From Nymphaea colorata (taxonomy: Eukaryota): DNA of 64,000 nt. Shown here piece by piece: positions 12,901 through 27,297 of the stretch (position 1 is its first letter; every line of letters begins with the position of its first letter). The position numbers and the translations under genes were made by a program. The DNA is taken from contig NC_045138.2 of assembly GCF_008831285.2 (NCBI RefSeq), positions 35,588,001 to 35,652,000 of the forward strand. Direction: 5' to 3'. The notes beneath the pieces are model-generated. The model was not told where the DNA came from, searched no databases, and was given only the letters and a program-made list of their open reading frames with translations.

Positions 12901-14785
12901 TAATCAAAAGCAAGAAAGCAGCAAAAATGGAACTGATGGGGAAGTAGCAGAAAAGAAGAATATAAAGATGAAGCTTCGATTTTTATTTGAAGGCAAGAAA
13001 GGAAGCAAGTAGGAACATGAAAAAAGGATAAAATCTACACTCTGTTTTAAACAATACATAGGTCTTTTAATAGATAACACCTTAATACAGTTTCGAAGAA
13101 TGAAAGGGACTCATCTTTAGGAAAGTTATAGAATCAGAAAGCTCTCAAAATAATTATGACATGTGAGACAATTGTGCAATTTTCTGCTTTCAGAGCAAAC
13201 AACAGAGGCTTTCGAAGCTTCTAAACCAATAATTACAGAATAAAACTATTTCAGCCGCACCACATTCACTGGGGCAACTCAGAGCTTACAAATATCAAGT
13301 TTTGAAGCAGAAATTTAGCAAAAAAATATATATAACAATATGATCCTGTGGTCCTAACACGTTCGTGGACAAAAAAGAATTCAATACATCAGACGTGACA
13401 GTTGATTTTCTCTCGAAAACAGTAGAATAGCATTTACATTGAATTGAGAATCTTTTCACAAATGCGACCGAATTTTATGATATTATGCACATTCCTTAAT
13501 CGTGTGCACCTAATATCACATCATTTGACGAGGACATAACCAGCAATAAGTACAAAAAATCAGTCCCTTTAAAGCTGCAAAGAAAAGTAACGCCAACATA
13601 CATTTTCAAGGTCCTGCCTGACTTCAAAAACAGCACGCCTAACTTCAGACCTAACAGTTTCATGTATGCCAAGAGCACCAGCATCGCCGGTAGGATGATC
13701 ATGCTGAAAAGTCTGAAAAAAAAGAAAAGAAAATAAAAATCACATAAAAGATATTGACTATTGACTCTTGGCCATGTAACAGTAGAAATGAGGGAAAAAA
13801 CATGGTTACATATTTATGTTAGCCTTTCAAATGCCAATTTTCTTCATAATTACTAAACTTCCTAGGCATGAATGCAATATTTTACAGACAATTTTCCCAC
13901 CTTCATTTGTTCGAATACCGCCTTAATCGTCTTCTCTTCTGCATGACTGTAAGGAATTGCGGATACACTTTCTTCTGAATCTGATGTTTGCGCAGACCGC
14001 TGTCATGTTTGAAGGAAAACCATCTTTCTCAGTAATTTGCATGAATTCTGATATACAACAACCAAGAAAACATAAAGAGAAGAAGCTTTTCCACTCTTCA
14101 TCTTAACACCAGAAGCCTCAAACTTGAAACATAGAGGAAGCAGAAAAACACTTATCCAATGAGCACCCTTCTTCACCAAACACTCTCCTACTTATACCTT
14201 CTCTAGAACAATTTTGACTCCAAACAACAGAAATAAAGAAGCGCAATCAAACTTCCGGAACTTGAGACCAACCTCAGGATTTCCGTAATGGCCGCGAGAA
14301 ACAGAACGCTGTCTTCTCCCTGTATCTACCCTCGAAACGCTCCGACTTGGCGCCTTCACAGAACCGGCACGGAAAGGCTCCCTCCTGCAGACGGACCGTC
14401 CGCGTCTCTCTCCGTCACCAACGAGCCCAGAACTAGAACCAGGTCTACTACTAGACGCCCCACTAATCGCTCGACCCATCCCACTATCCAGGGTATCTGC
14501 CATTCCCCTGATTCCGACCACGTCCATCGACTTGGGCGACTCCGGACTCGAACTGGTCGAGCCGAAGAGAGGATTATCCCTCTTATTTGCGAAATCTAAG
14601 GGACTCGGCCGCGAAAGATCAATTGACCTGTCGCGAGGAAACGCGCTAACGCTCCGAGACCTCCTCATGACCGTCTTCTTCCCCAGCTCGTCAGGATTCG
14701 ACCTAGCTGAATCGCCATCACCACCACCATCCTTTTGCAGGAAGCTCCCTCGTTTGGACGTCGACTTAAACGCAGAAACCGCCAT
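9983..14785 (-). CDS. Conserved plant protein of unknown function with coiled coil, about 510 aa; exons 14785-14273, 13999-13901, 13712-13602, 11682-11557, 11132-10995, 10899-10681, 10309-9983
   Basis: Seven exons joined by phase-0 GT-AG introns give an open frame: MAVSAFKSTSKR..RRSRSVS..EEKTIKAVFEQMK..VRSEVRRAV..IRKDYSAKLAE|SQERTRNLKADLAIEEQRSQELSRILKE..RK|TSMERKKMSRRLEEDALNYFDECVSISTFDSSD..RINSGGLLLC. This resembles an uncharacterised angiosperm family. Confidence 0.85.
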
Positions 14786-16362
14786 GCTTCCTTTCTGTTT
14801 CAGCGAAAAGAAAGGACCGAGATTGAAACTACGGAATTTTTTTTGTGGGGAGTCCACAAATGGTTTTGACAGATGAAGAAGGCCTAAGATACATCGAGGC
14901 TTCCCAGAGATTCGGGATAGATAAGAGTGGTGAAAACGATTTACTTTGGTGAAACATGCTGGTTGCTGCACAGAGCTAACAAGGTTTGCAACTAGTTTTT
15001 TCACTGCGATTAGGAAGAATAGGAAAGGGATAACTCCGATATGGGTAAAATAGGTAGAAATTTGAAACGCTCAACGGGTCAATGCAGAAGAAGGTTGGCG
15101 CTTCTCCAGAAGGAGAACGTACGTTACGAAGGCGGAAATTCTTTCCTCGTTTGCTACGGCTCAGACTTGCCACAGTTCCCCAAAATGCCCTCCTCGTTTC
15201 GGAATAAAGTGGGCGTGTTCGTCCTTCTTCCGACGCGCCTTTTTTTTCTCTCGACTTTTATTTGCAGCTTCCAGATGGAAAACGCGTTCGCCATTAAAGA
15301 ACCGGAGTGCCATCAGAAGGAAGTAGTATGTTCTCTTTCGTTTTATTTAGCACAAATTAATTGAAATTTTCTTCTCATTCAGTTTGGGCAATTGAAGTAT
15401 TATTTAGCAAAAACTTTGTTTAAATCGGGTAGTTGCATTCCGTTTTCCTACTTAAGAGCTTCAAGTTGAAGGAGGTTTACCTCAAGGGGCATACTGCAAC
15501 CAGGCAGCAAGACCGTTCACATTCAAGGGGCTCAAGATTCTGAGTCTATCATGCTTTGATGTGTATCTCTCACTGCTATAAATGGCGGCGAGCGTGACAC
15601 AAGGAGTCGAAAGCTGCAAATGATGGTAAACGGAACATACGGGTTGAAGAATGTACTTTAGGTGGCATCGAAGCAAGCCAGAACCTAAGGCTTGATCGCC
15701 TTTGTCTCAAGGCTAAAGCAATGGAAGCCGCACTTGGTGAAGAGAAGAGGTATTACCAACATGTAACTATCATGTTGACGATCCATTAATACATAAAATA
15801 AACAAAGAATTGAGGTTGCAGGTGGATTAGATATGGTAAAGAAGTTTAGCTCTCAATATATGTAGCTGATTTATATTAATTGTTTTGACGCCTTATTTCC
15901 ACCTAGAGGCACCTAATTAGCATAATTTTAATTAATTAGTTGTCTTTAGTGCATGTCATTTTGTTTCTTCAGCTTAGATGGCTCTACTTCTCTTACCTAC
16001 CTCTAGGAATGACAATAGCTACTTTTCGAAGAGCAATATGTGCATGCACTTTGCCACAACATTTCTCTGGAGTTGGAAGAATCCAATTTTCTGGTGCAAT
16101 AAAGTTTAGAAGCATGTCAAGCATGAACTGAACGCAAGACAAACCTACCACATAGACTTTCTCCTTGTCGGGTAGAAAATATGATACTTGGATGTACGCT
16201 AGCTTGTCCCCATGAGACCGCTAGGTGTGAAAGAATATTTGACGATATGATCATGCTTATAGCCTTATGAAAATAATTAATAAGAGAGAGATAGAAAGAT
16301 GATTAGACGCAATGGACCAATTTAAGATTTTTTTTTTTCCTTCATTAATCCGTTTTCTTTTA

Positions 16363-16560
16363 GGTGTGTTTGATTACTACAGATACCAAATCCACAGTTT
16401 TGAAGTCCAACCCTCATTCCATCCACCCCCCCCCCCCTGCCCCCCAAACCTCAATTCATGGATTTGAGATTCACATTCCGGATGGATGCGGAAATCGACA
16501 GTAGCTACCATGAATTTCAAATGCCCTTGGATCTGAAATCCATGAAAATCAAACGCAATC
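16363..16560. mobile_element. Tourist-like (PIF/Harbinger) MITE, about 198 bp
   Basis: The termini GGTGTGTTTGATT and AATCAAACGCAATC are imperfect inverted repeats. TTA flanks both sides (16360-62 and 16561-63), and there are internal ggatttga/aaatcc repeats. Confidence 0.65.
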
Positions 16561-19500
16561 TTAAGCAAAGGAGGGCAACTGATTTATTGCAAGGATGCGG
16601 CAGCAACCTTGGGAATGACGAGAGCTTGGGGTCAAAATGACAAGATGCATGGAAAAAGCTTCTCTTTCTTTTTCATTAACTAAATTGGGGGTAGATATCC
16701 CGTCCTATTCAAGTAACTAACCTGCTTTCCTTCTCATTGGATCAGCTTGGCAGTGGTTGTAGACTTGGTTTCTCTTTTTTGTACTAAAGCAATAAAGATT
16801 AATTAGGTTATCCAAAGGATATCCTTTCTTTTTTTGGGCTGAAAATACAATGTGTAATAACAATACATCTTCTCCTGTTGGGTGAGTGAAAAAAGAAAAA
16901 AAAGTCTCGAGACATTTTCTTCCTGTGTTCAATTGGGCCAACACCCTTGGAGGCAGAAGCATTCATCGTCTGACTCAACTGCAAGAACAGAGGCAGAAGC
17001 AAGCAAGAGAGAGGGGACACGCTCCCGTGACTCGACATCAATAAATTTTCTCTGATTCCGCAGCAGAATCGGTAGGGAGTGGAAGAGATTCTGTGAGCAG
17101 CGCCTTGGTTGAGCAAAGAAGAAGAAAAGTTCACCAAGTTTTTAAATCGTTCGCTTTCCAAATCCACCAGTAGACGACGTGTATGGCCATGTGAATCTCT
17201 TAGCGGGCTTTTTAATGTCATTTGACTTTTTCTCAAATTGAAGAAACATATGGCGCGCCAAACTAGGAAAAATAATTAATATAACTTAAGTAATTGGTCA
17301 ACTCCATTTAGAACCTTTTTTCTTTTTTTTTCCGAATCATTTCTCAAGTTGAAGCAATTTGGAAATTCGCTTCTTGACCTGTTGCAATTGGCAAAATTTA
17401 TCCATCTGCAATTCTTCGACAACTTACCACTGTTACAGGCAACAGCCAACACTGAGTTTTTTTGTTATTGACATTACTTATTAGCTCAGGATATGATTAC
17501 TTTTAACGACACATGCAACGTCAAAACTAATTATATATACATATATATGAAAATTGGTATATCTCAGACCACTTGGGTGTTCTAAAATCTTGTCAAAAGA
17601 ATTTTAAACAAAATACGAACATTTTATTATGTCTGTAAATACTAATTCAACATAAAATATGTTTTAATTCAAGTTGTTTTTAATAGAAACACTTATTTTT
17701 CTACTATAAAAATTTCGGTGTCAATAGCCGTTTTCTTTTTTTACCAGAAAAAAACGTTTAACTCAAAAAAATGACTAACTTGATATATGATTTTCACTAA
17801 TACATGATTAAGATTATATTTATAAGGTCAAATATACATACTTTAACAATCAATTTTTAATAGTTTAGTTTTTGTCCCTGACCTAATGGTGTGATATAAA
17901 TATTTATATATAAGTCAATGTTGTTGGATGCCAGACTCTTGATGGATGGCTAAATTTTAAAAGTCTGTCGCAGTACCGTAAATCATTGTCAAAGTCACCA
18001 TAAACCGTCTCTAAGCCAAAGTAGTGACTATATTTTTTTGAAGGCAACCTTTTAAATTTTAGTGGTCCAACAACATCCAGCTTCCAGCAGGACTGAATCA
18101 TGATTTTTTTATATTTGATAGTACTCAAGCAAGGCAAGCTTCAAATCATCATACAAAGAACAGTATTCGAAGTTTTTTTGTGGCACTGACAGTCATGTTA
18201 TCAATCGACAAATTTCATTTCATGAAGATGAATCTAAGAGAATTGTGGGTTCATTTAGAATGAGAAAAAATGGAGATTAAAATAGGAAAATTTTTCCACT
18301 TCTTGACGAATTCAGCAAGATAACCAAATTAGTTAAAATAAATGAATGCAAAACTGAAGACGGCAAGCCATTTTTTTTTTTCCATACAAATCTACAAGTA
18401 AAGTTTCTTGTAGTGCCAATACATTTTTAAGAATGCTAAAGAGGCCTTATTGAGGCCCTCTTACTGCCGGGAGATGATCAGCGGCCATGGAAACAAAGTA
18501 ACAAACCCAACCTCATAAGCAAGGCTATTTTAATGGCGCGATGCTAACAATGACTTTATCTGAGTTCCAAGATTCATGAGAGAGAAAGGCGCTGCCTCTG
18601 GGTCTTCATTCTCTGTCTAGAAAATGAGTCCCACCACCAATCAGAGCATTGGAGATTCAAATTACCTCCTATATTTCAAACATGAACTCCAATTTCGCTA
18701 AACAAACAGAAAAAGAGCAAATCAATACAAATGACGTGCACGTATCAGAAGCCACGCATAAAGAAATGATAGATACAGAAGGGACCCCAAACCAGTCTGT
18801 GGATTGGAATCTAATAGGACCCATCAATTTGGTTGAGGAATCAGAATCAAAACATAATAATCTTCCATCTTCTTACTCCAAAGTTACAATCGATACACTA
18901 GCTTGACCAGGAAAAGCTTCACCGGTCCCAGTCTCGTCCTTATTCTGATAGTAATCATGGTAGCTTTCCCAACCACGGACATCGCCCATCTACCTATCTT
19001 CGAAACCGAGTGGATGGCTAAAACGCCAAAACTCCTGTCTGCTTTCTAAGGGAAAGAATTTCATGTTATTGGGGCATCTCTACCATGAAAAAAGTGGAAG
19101 AGTATAAATGAAATAATAATATCAGGCGCAACTTCAAACCTAACCAAAAGATGATGGAGACCCATCTCTCACAAGGAGGAAAAGAAGGCGTCACCCTCTT
19201 CCATCTAATGAATTGACCTCCCAGTAAAGCTTACCCCAGCTATTCCAATAGCTTCGGCCCTTACATCACCATTGGATGTTGCACAACAGTGATCCGTTCA
19301 CCTTGCGGAACTCAAGCCAGAAGAGGACGAGCAAATTTGGACTTTTCCAACTGTTGGCAGGAGGAAGTTTTAAGAATAAATTGAATAATTGAAGAACCGA
19401 TTGAAAAAGGAAAAGCGGAGGCTAGAGAACCATCCGCGGTGGCTTCTATTTCCCCTGCGGTGCAGAAGACGCCCTTTTTCATGGGACCCTTATGCTGATG

Positions 19501-19661
19501 CGCTCAGAGATTAGAATCTCTCTCTCTCTCTCGCTCGCTCGCTCTTTCTCGATGGTCCTGCACAAATTACAAACGCCTGATGAGAAAAGCAGCTGCTTAT
19601 ACAGAAGGGAGCGATTAACAGTTTAAATGGTATAGCTTCGATATGCCCCGGCTTCTTCCCC

Positions 19662-22600
19662 ATGTCACAACAGACAAAAGCGGGAACCATGAGCTTTTGT
19701 CCGCAAGCCTTCATGTGGGTCTTTCTGATGATGTACCAGATGCCCAAGTGTGCTACTGTACTTGGTGGTTCATGTTGTGCCATCCCACCAATCCAGAGAC
19801 ATGAAAAAGCATTCCAGCAGAAAGCCGATAAGTTTTATGTGTTTGAAGAGCAATCAAACAGTTGGAAAGAAGTTCAGTTGCCTTTTGATCTCTATAACTG
19901 TCTTAATGGCAACTGTACCAAGGCTGGGTCAATTGAGCAGCGCCGGGAAGGTGGTGCCTCTAGCAAGAAAAAGGACGAGAATTCTAAAATTGATGAAGGA
20001 CCGCATACGGAGGAGAATATTGATCCTGTTTTGCCGCTCAGGAGAAGGACATCCATTACCAAAATGTCAGACTCATCCGTTTGGGTGACAGGAGAGAGTG
20101 GATCAATCTACGAAAGGTTTTGGAATGGTTTACAATGGGTGATAACACCACATGACTTGCCAATATCTGCACATGCAATTTCTGTTTTCATCGTCAACCA
20201 AACCATTCTTGCTCTAGACGACGATGGAGTCCTGCATAAGGTAAGTCGTCGCCTCTATTCTCTGAGGTTCTTCCCCTGAAACTAGAGACTGGAACTTTCA
20301 AGCTTCATTCTAATGCACGAATACTGCCCAGTGCGGTCTTTCCGCCTAACAGCCTTTCCTAATCGAAGTATCAGCTTCATAATTGAAAAGGTTAGGCGCT
20401 TGGTAAGACTGCAGACTTCATCAACGATGTTGGAATGAGCTATAAACGAAAACCAAAACTTTGCAGTTGATGCGGAATCACCAGCCAATCCCCAACAGTT
20501 TTCTAGAATGACCAAGAAATAGTGCCTGTAACAAGGTTTAATTTTTCGAGCATAACATCTAAGTTAGCATCCTTATCTTGCGAGGGAGTCATCATTTCAT
20601 TGGAGTATCATCTGTAGCCTGTAGGTTGGCGTCGAAGCTAGATAGTTCTTAGCAAACATGTGTCCGTCGCGCCGGTTCCTCTGGTACCTGGCCCAATAGC
20701 AATTTCATCGACCTTATATTTAACATAATTTGATTGTAGGCCACTCGTTTCATCAGTCCATTAGCTAAATTCGTCCCATCTATTTCTCTGCTTCAAGCAA
20801 AGGCGCAGATCCAAGATCAAGCTTATGAATATCCGAAGATGTGGGAACTTCCCATATCCATGTTAAGCGAAAGGAAAACAGAGTTCTTCCGTAACTTTTT
20901 GCAAAAATTTACTTGTCTATTACTGTGGTTCCTCTAATGCTCTGTATGCAGATGAGAAAATATCAGAGAAGATCTGGATAAAACTGCAAACCTTACCCAA
21001 TTTACCGTTATGCACTCCTGAAAGGATGGACATCCATCTGCTTATGATCGCAGTTAGCACTTTCAGTTCTTTCCAGGAAGCCGGTCACTTGCTTAACTGA
21101 AGAGTTTTATACCAAAAGTCTTCCGCTCTAAGTACCAGCCCCACATGCCCAAAGTGGTCCATAAGAACCAGCTTTTTAGTGATAAGATAGTTCATACAGT
21201 TGAAGAAGCATATGTTAAAGTAAAGATTTAACGTTAGACTGCAATGTGAGGATGTAAATAATAAACTATTTTGTATGCCCACATAAATTTTAAGGTTCAG
21301 AATTGAACTCTAATAAGCAATTGTTCAGGGGCTACTTTTCAGGGTTCAACTCCAAGGGGCAGCTGCAGTAGTTTACTAGAACAATTATGCCGATTAGGCA
21401 GACATCGCTTCCAAAGTGCTCGAAACTGGTCCCTTGAATTTTACCCAAAAAAGCAGGTGAAGCTGATTTAGAAACCCTTAGTTACACCTATTGGAATAGC
21501 TATCTCAACAGAGAAATATCACTTCATCCATCTAAGTGCATAATATGTTGTCCTGTAGTTTTTTAGCATACCAGAGTACATTGAGCTTTAGTTTGAAGCC
21601 TAGCTTTGAATTTGGGCATATTCTGAATTTGCTTCATGTATTTCAGCTACAACTAAATGAGAATTCGCTGCCAACATGGGGAGAACTCAAACCTATATTT
21701 GAATCAATCATGCCAGAAAGAGAAGTTGAACCAATCGCTGGAATGCAGATTAAAACTGGTGTTGTAACAGAGAATGGCGAGTAAGTAAATGAAAGATAAC
21801 TCTTGTATCTTATTCCGAAAGAAGTAGAATCTTTTTATAATTTTGATTAGTATCAGTTTATGGGGGAGGAAAGTAAAAAAGTTCAGACATTACTGGGAAC
21901 CGTTCAGTATTCAATTAAATCACATTCATCTTTTCATATTTGTATGACAGGAGACTATACCTATCTACCTTGGGAGGTTCGCTTTTGGAAATCAGAGACC
22001 TTCAATCTTCACGGTGAGAAAGTGTTGCATCGTTATGATAGTACATGTATATTGTCAGAATTCTGTCAAATTGTCCATATTTGATGCGGATCATGTTATG
22101 CAGTAGTAATGCAAGCTTTGGTTGCTTGGCGATAACTAACAACCTAAGATCAAGTTGAATTTTGACAGGTGGATATATCACGGGCAACCACCTGGTGGAA
22201 GTATTGCAGCTATAGCTGGCATTCCAACTACAAGAACGGACATAGTGTTTATAGTAAGGTATACTGCAATGATTCAGTAGAGGTGGAACTTTTTATATTG
22301 GCTGATATGTAAATAATCGTGTATCTTCATGCATGGTCATTATACCTTCAAGTACCCCTCATGTACCAAATATTCACAAGTATGTTCGATCCTGTATATC
22401 TTTATGTGATCTAAATGGTAGTTTACAAGCAGTGGGACAACTATGGTCTGAACACTCAATTTCACTTGTTCAGTTACATGGGGGAGCTTTATGAATTTGA
22501 CATGAGTTCAAAGCCATCATGGAAGAAGCACATATGGAGTGAACCGTTAGGTCATGAGACCTTCCTTTTGCCATGCGGAGGCCATGTTATGCATGGACTG

Positions 22601-25600
22601 ATTGGAGTTCATTCACTGTCTATATTTCTTTTAACGAAGGTAAACCTAGTCTCTTTTGTAATATACACTGAGCAGATACATGTCTCTACAGATCTGATAA
22701 TGCTTCCATCTCTCTACATTATTTTAATTGATCAATTAATGGTGAGCAAATTTTGTCTAGTATGGTGTCTCTTTAGATTTTACCTGAAAATTGTGATTTC
22801 CAAAATTTTGAGTGCAGTATGCCTATTGCCTACAAATATTGGTTAGTATCACGAAGCATTTCCACTTTCAATCTTCACACACATAAGAAATTATGAACTC
22901 ATTCTGACAATTTTATTGCAAAGTTGTGTCTCTATAATTTAGCCATCACTTTTTGTGGAACTATGATCTGAAGCACAGACCGAAGAACATTTTCTTGTTT
23001 GAGCATGTGGCCCTTCTATATTTTTGTTCGGTCACATGGCTTTCTAGGGCCCCTTATGTATTGCTGTCTTGTTGAGTATAAAATTGTAATAGTAAAGCAT
23101 GTTTTACTTTCTTATGAGATTGCAGTAAAGCGACAGTCCTATGACATCAAAGGAGGTTTCTGGGTTGCACTGAGATATCGTAGGAGAAAGGAAGGTAGGA
23201 CCACTTGAAAGAGTTAAGGTTTCAGTCTGCAGCAAAACAATTAGGCCTCTAAACCTACAGCACTTCAGTGATCATTTACTTGGTTAGAGAAAGAAACAAT
23301 TTTCTCATGGTATTGCATGTTAATGATTAATTTTAACGTAGAGCAAACATGAACAATGACAATAATTAAATTTTTTCCCGATGCCTCTTATTCTGCTGGA
23401 ATATACATCTGCCAAATTTCACACGTATGTTTTTCACAACCAATATGGAGCTCATTGAGAAAGAATCCAGCCCTTTTGGGTCTTCACTATTTTTTGCATA
23501 TATTAATCTAAAATTCACTGTTATAACCCAGCTTTGATAGGCTTGGTTTCATAGAAAGCGATTTTTTTCTCCATCATACAAATAGGTTTGATTGCAAACT
23601 TGACGTAACTTGGAGATGCTACTGATTTATGCTCTACTGGTGTACAGAGCTGTCTGTTTTTCCTGCTCGATTATCCCATCTTAAGATTCTGTCGTATCTG
23701 AAGGTCTTTCTCAAATCCACCTAAACCTTAAAGACATGGTAAATTGCAGGATGGTGTTCTTATAGAGAGGAGGTTTCATCAGAGGAAATGGAAGTGGATT
23801 ATTCATGGACTTCCTAGAGGCCACAAATTGAGTGCCATAACACCAGCTACATCAAATGACTTGAGCACAAAATTTTTCTCGTTGTTCCTTACTACAACAA
23901 GTGGATCCATCTATGAATATCGGATCTCAAAAAATTCAGGTGAGCCTTTGAACTTTCCAAGTAAAAAGTGAAACCCACCAAGCTTTTCTTCATCAACATA
24001 CGTTCTTCATTAAGGCATATTTTAAAAAAATGGCAAAATTCATTTTATGAAGGTCGAAAGAAACTATTGCAGATACTGGATTGAGCAGAGTGCAATTAGT
24101 TTAAATGTTTCTCTATGTTCTTGAACAGCAAATGAGCGAAAACAGACCTTGGATAGTTGGATCTGTTGAATAGGAAAACCTCAAAAACCATACTAAAAGA
24201 GAATATATTGCAAACGGTTGCTATAGAAAGCTAAGAAGCTACATGCAGATTTAATGTCAAATAGAAATAAGAAATCCCTGGAGGAAAAGTCAATAAGGTG
24301 TAGGAAGCTATAACAAACATGCCTCAGCTATGAGGCCTAAGGTTCCTTGTTAGCTCAAGGAATGCAACACTTTCGATATTTCATGCAGAGTTTGGGGTAG
24401 AGTTGATAGCATCGCTCATTGGTGTGGAGGTCTAAAATATTTAACTTATGTACCCAAGCGAAGGAAAAAGAAAAGGATATTAAAACAGCTGCTAGCTGTT
24501 TTGCTAGTTCTCATTTGTATATTGTGAAACACGGACACACCTCTGGAAGCTCGAGAACAGAAAGCAAATTATCAGGGATAAGTTATCATCTTAGTAGGTT
24601 GTCCTCTTCGTAAAAGCACGTCAGTATGTGATCCATCGCATATCTCTTTTCAAAAAAATGGCAGTTAATAACTGGTTTCATGGAAATTCTACATAAAAAG
24701 GTCAAATGAAGAAATAGAAACTTCAGTTGCTACTTCAGATTTACACACATTAACTTGAGTATCACTTTCTTTAGAAAAAAATGTCATGTTCAATTTCTAA
24801 AGAGCAAGATGCACGTTTGCTTTTTTATAAAATACAGTGGCAAGACAGGGACAGGATAATCCAACCTCGGAAGCATGGATCAATCATATGCACCCACCAC
24901 ATGCAAAGGTCGCCCGGGGCATTTTAGGACTGCAGCTTCAACCTGGCAGGATGCTGTTTCCACTGGATGATGGCAGGGTCGGAGAGCTCCATTCGTCAGG
25001 AATTGGAGGACATAGTGTAGGGCCAAATAATCATGCTAATGCAAGGAGGAAAACATCATCCAGATATGAATGGAGCATAATAGATGCACCAGAAACTGAA
25101 GGATGGAATGCAGAATATTGCACAGAAGGACGTGGACCATCAAACTGCATCACTGGGATAAAGGATTTAGTTAATGAACAGGAACTAGATGACCCCGGAA
25201 AAATAACCAGAAGAAGAAAAAATCAGGAGTACCAAAGCTACATAATGCCAATTAAATACACCAACAGCCAACCAGATGTTTCCGACCAGAACAACATTTT
25301 GACAAAAAAAATTCAGCCCATCTTCCGCATGAGATCCATGCACCCGGACAAGTCATTCTTCCTTGTCACAGATAACGGTATAACTTTTGAGTATCTTTAT
25401 ACTGAAGGCATCTGGTTGTGGCTCAGGCATGAACATCCGACTCCGATGAAAGGTATTTTAGGCATCTATAATGGAAGTTTATTTTTGGTCGATATGCATG
25501 GTAGCCTATTGATAAGAGAAAGAAACAGTAATGGCTTAGCATGGATAAACTGCACTTCCATGAGTAGAGGAAGAAAAGTATCTACAGGCCCCCCTTGGGA

Positions 25601-27297
25601 TGGGGTGCCCGGTAAAGTTCAGGTGCCTACAACCGAAGATTCATTATTTTTCATCAATAAAAATGGAAGGCTCCTTCAGTTTAAAGTAAGTCAAAATTTC
25701 ATGTAGCACAAGGATAGATCATTTCAGAGGCTTGAATTTTAGGTGTATGTTTCTGTTCAAGATTGTTGAACAAACGATGGTCTTATCTTCTACAGGTTGC
25801 GTTGAGGAAATTTGTCTGGAAGGACTGTCGAAACCCCCAAAACATCAAAGTCAGTTCTATAGTTGATCAGGAGGGATTAAGATCTAATATTGTATTCGCT
25901 GTTGGAAATAATGGTCGACTTTATCAGTTTAACAAAGTTACTGAATTATGGCACGAGCATGATCAATCACCTCACTTGTCTCTTTCTAGACTACCCGGAA
26001 CGGTTTTGAGGCCATCCAGTTCATCTTTATCTGGTTCTTTGTTCATGCGTTCAGAAGACGGTGGCCTTGTAGAATATCGTTGGAATCCATTAGATGGATG
26101 GAACTGGATGGAACATGGGACACCGCATAAGGATGTCATTGTTGCCGCTGCACCAGGCCCTAGCTTTCAAGGGAACCAGTTATTTATCATTGGATCAGAT
26201 GGTCATGTTTATCTGAGATACTTAGTAGACAGCGCATGGAGATGGCAAAATTATGGTTTCCCATCCATGGAAAATCTGGAGTCAGAATCTGACGACGTAT
26301 TAGTGGGAAATTCAGAGGCTACTGTGGTTAGCAATCAGAATATGATGCACGATTGCAATGATGAAGACAGCAAGTGCAATCCAAAGGTCAGTAGCAAGTA
26401 TTATTATTGCATGGTGAAGAGGTCCACGCATGTTGCATTTAACATAAACCAGAAAATTATAATCACCGATTAGGTTCAGACTTTCAGTTATATAAAAGAC
26501 AAAATCATCCTCTCCTAGTCTCTGGTTTCGTTTTGAGACATCCTTGCTAGATGATGGCAAAAGATATCTTGGCACCTTGATGACATTTTTGAAACTGGAA
26601 CCTAGTACCTGAGTGGTGGAAACAGTTAACTTTGTTAAGCGGAAGACATACTTCAAAATCACATTCCCCTTAGGACTTGAGGAGAAAATCCTGGAAAGGA
26701 AATTACAAAATCAGAGATACAGTGAAGTAAGTGGAAGTCACACACTGCACGCCGGAATCTCGGCAGTTCTGTTTACAACAGAAAGGCCACATCGTTTCTC
26801 CTGTACTCGTATTGATAAACAATGCACTTAGATTCTTCAGATTGTCAGGAGAGGCCTTGTTCGCCTTGAGCATTGTCTGAGAAATTTTTGTAGGCTAAAA
26901 ACAGAAAGGAAAAGCATGTTGGTAAATTTCAAACCGATGCAGTTGCGACTATCGCGGGATTTCAGACTGTCAACTAATTTTTTTATTACTGCAGGTAGCA
27001 CCAGTTCGGCCGATACCATTTTCTGATGAAGCAGCTATTTTCGAGTTGAGGGATGGCAGAGTGAGTGATGTACTTTCTCAGCAGCGAAAACAATCAGCGA
27101 CCAACTAAATAACAGTATCCTTGTGATCTCTTTTATTTCTTGGCTCTACCTATTTGGGGAATTCTTAACCTGAGCTTCTATTGTAACAGTTGGGAGAATT
27201 GCGGAGAACGGGTGAAACGCAGTGGAGCTGGAGCAGGATTATCAACACTCCAAGAAGCCAGTGCCGAGCGGCCTACTTGACGGTTTCAGCATCATAA
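19662..27297 (+). CDS. Uncharacterised putatively secreted Trp/His-repeat (beta-propeller, lectin-like) protein, about 944 aa; exons 19662-20240, 21647-21780, 21951-22013, 22169-22258, 22474-22639, 23750-23939, 24838-25685, 25796-26386, 26995-27060, 27190-27297
   Basis: Ten exons with in-phase GT-AG junctions (2835 nt) and a hydrophobic N-terminus; the ATG could be 19662 or 19689. A recurrent [LIV]F..xxGxLxE...WxWxxHxxP unit runs through the protein. Confidence 0.88.

Noticed and set aside
14786..15004. 73-aa in-frame N-terminal extension of the unknown protein
   Set aside because: It starts at GTG, and the family-like N-terminus begins at the ATG at 14785. The stretch is likely 5'UTR or intron.
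15480..15760. Possible Ty3/gypsy gag-protease junction remnant (CVSLTAING..)
   Set aside because: The similarity is faint, there are multiple stops, and no DSG motif or LTR is seen.
17900..19450. Possible decayed coding or TE sequence upstream of the propeller gene
   Set aside because: Only short broken ORFs with no recognisable motif are present.
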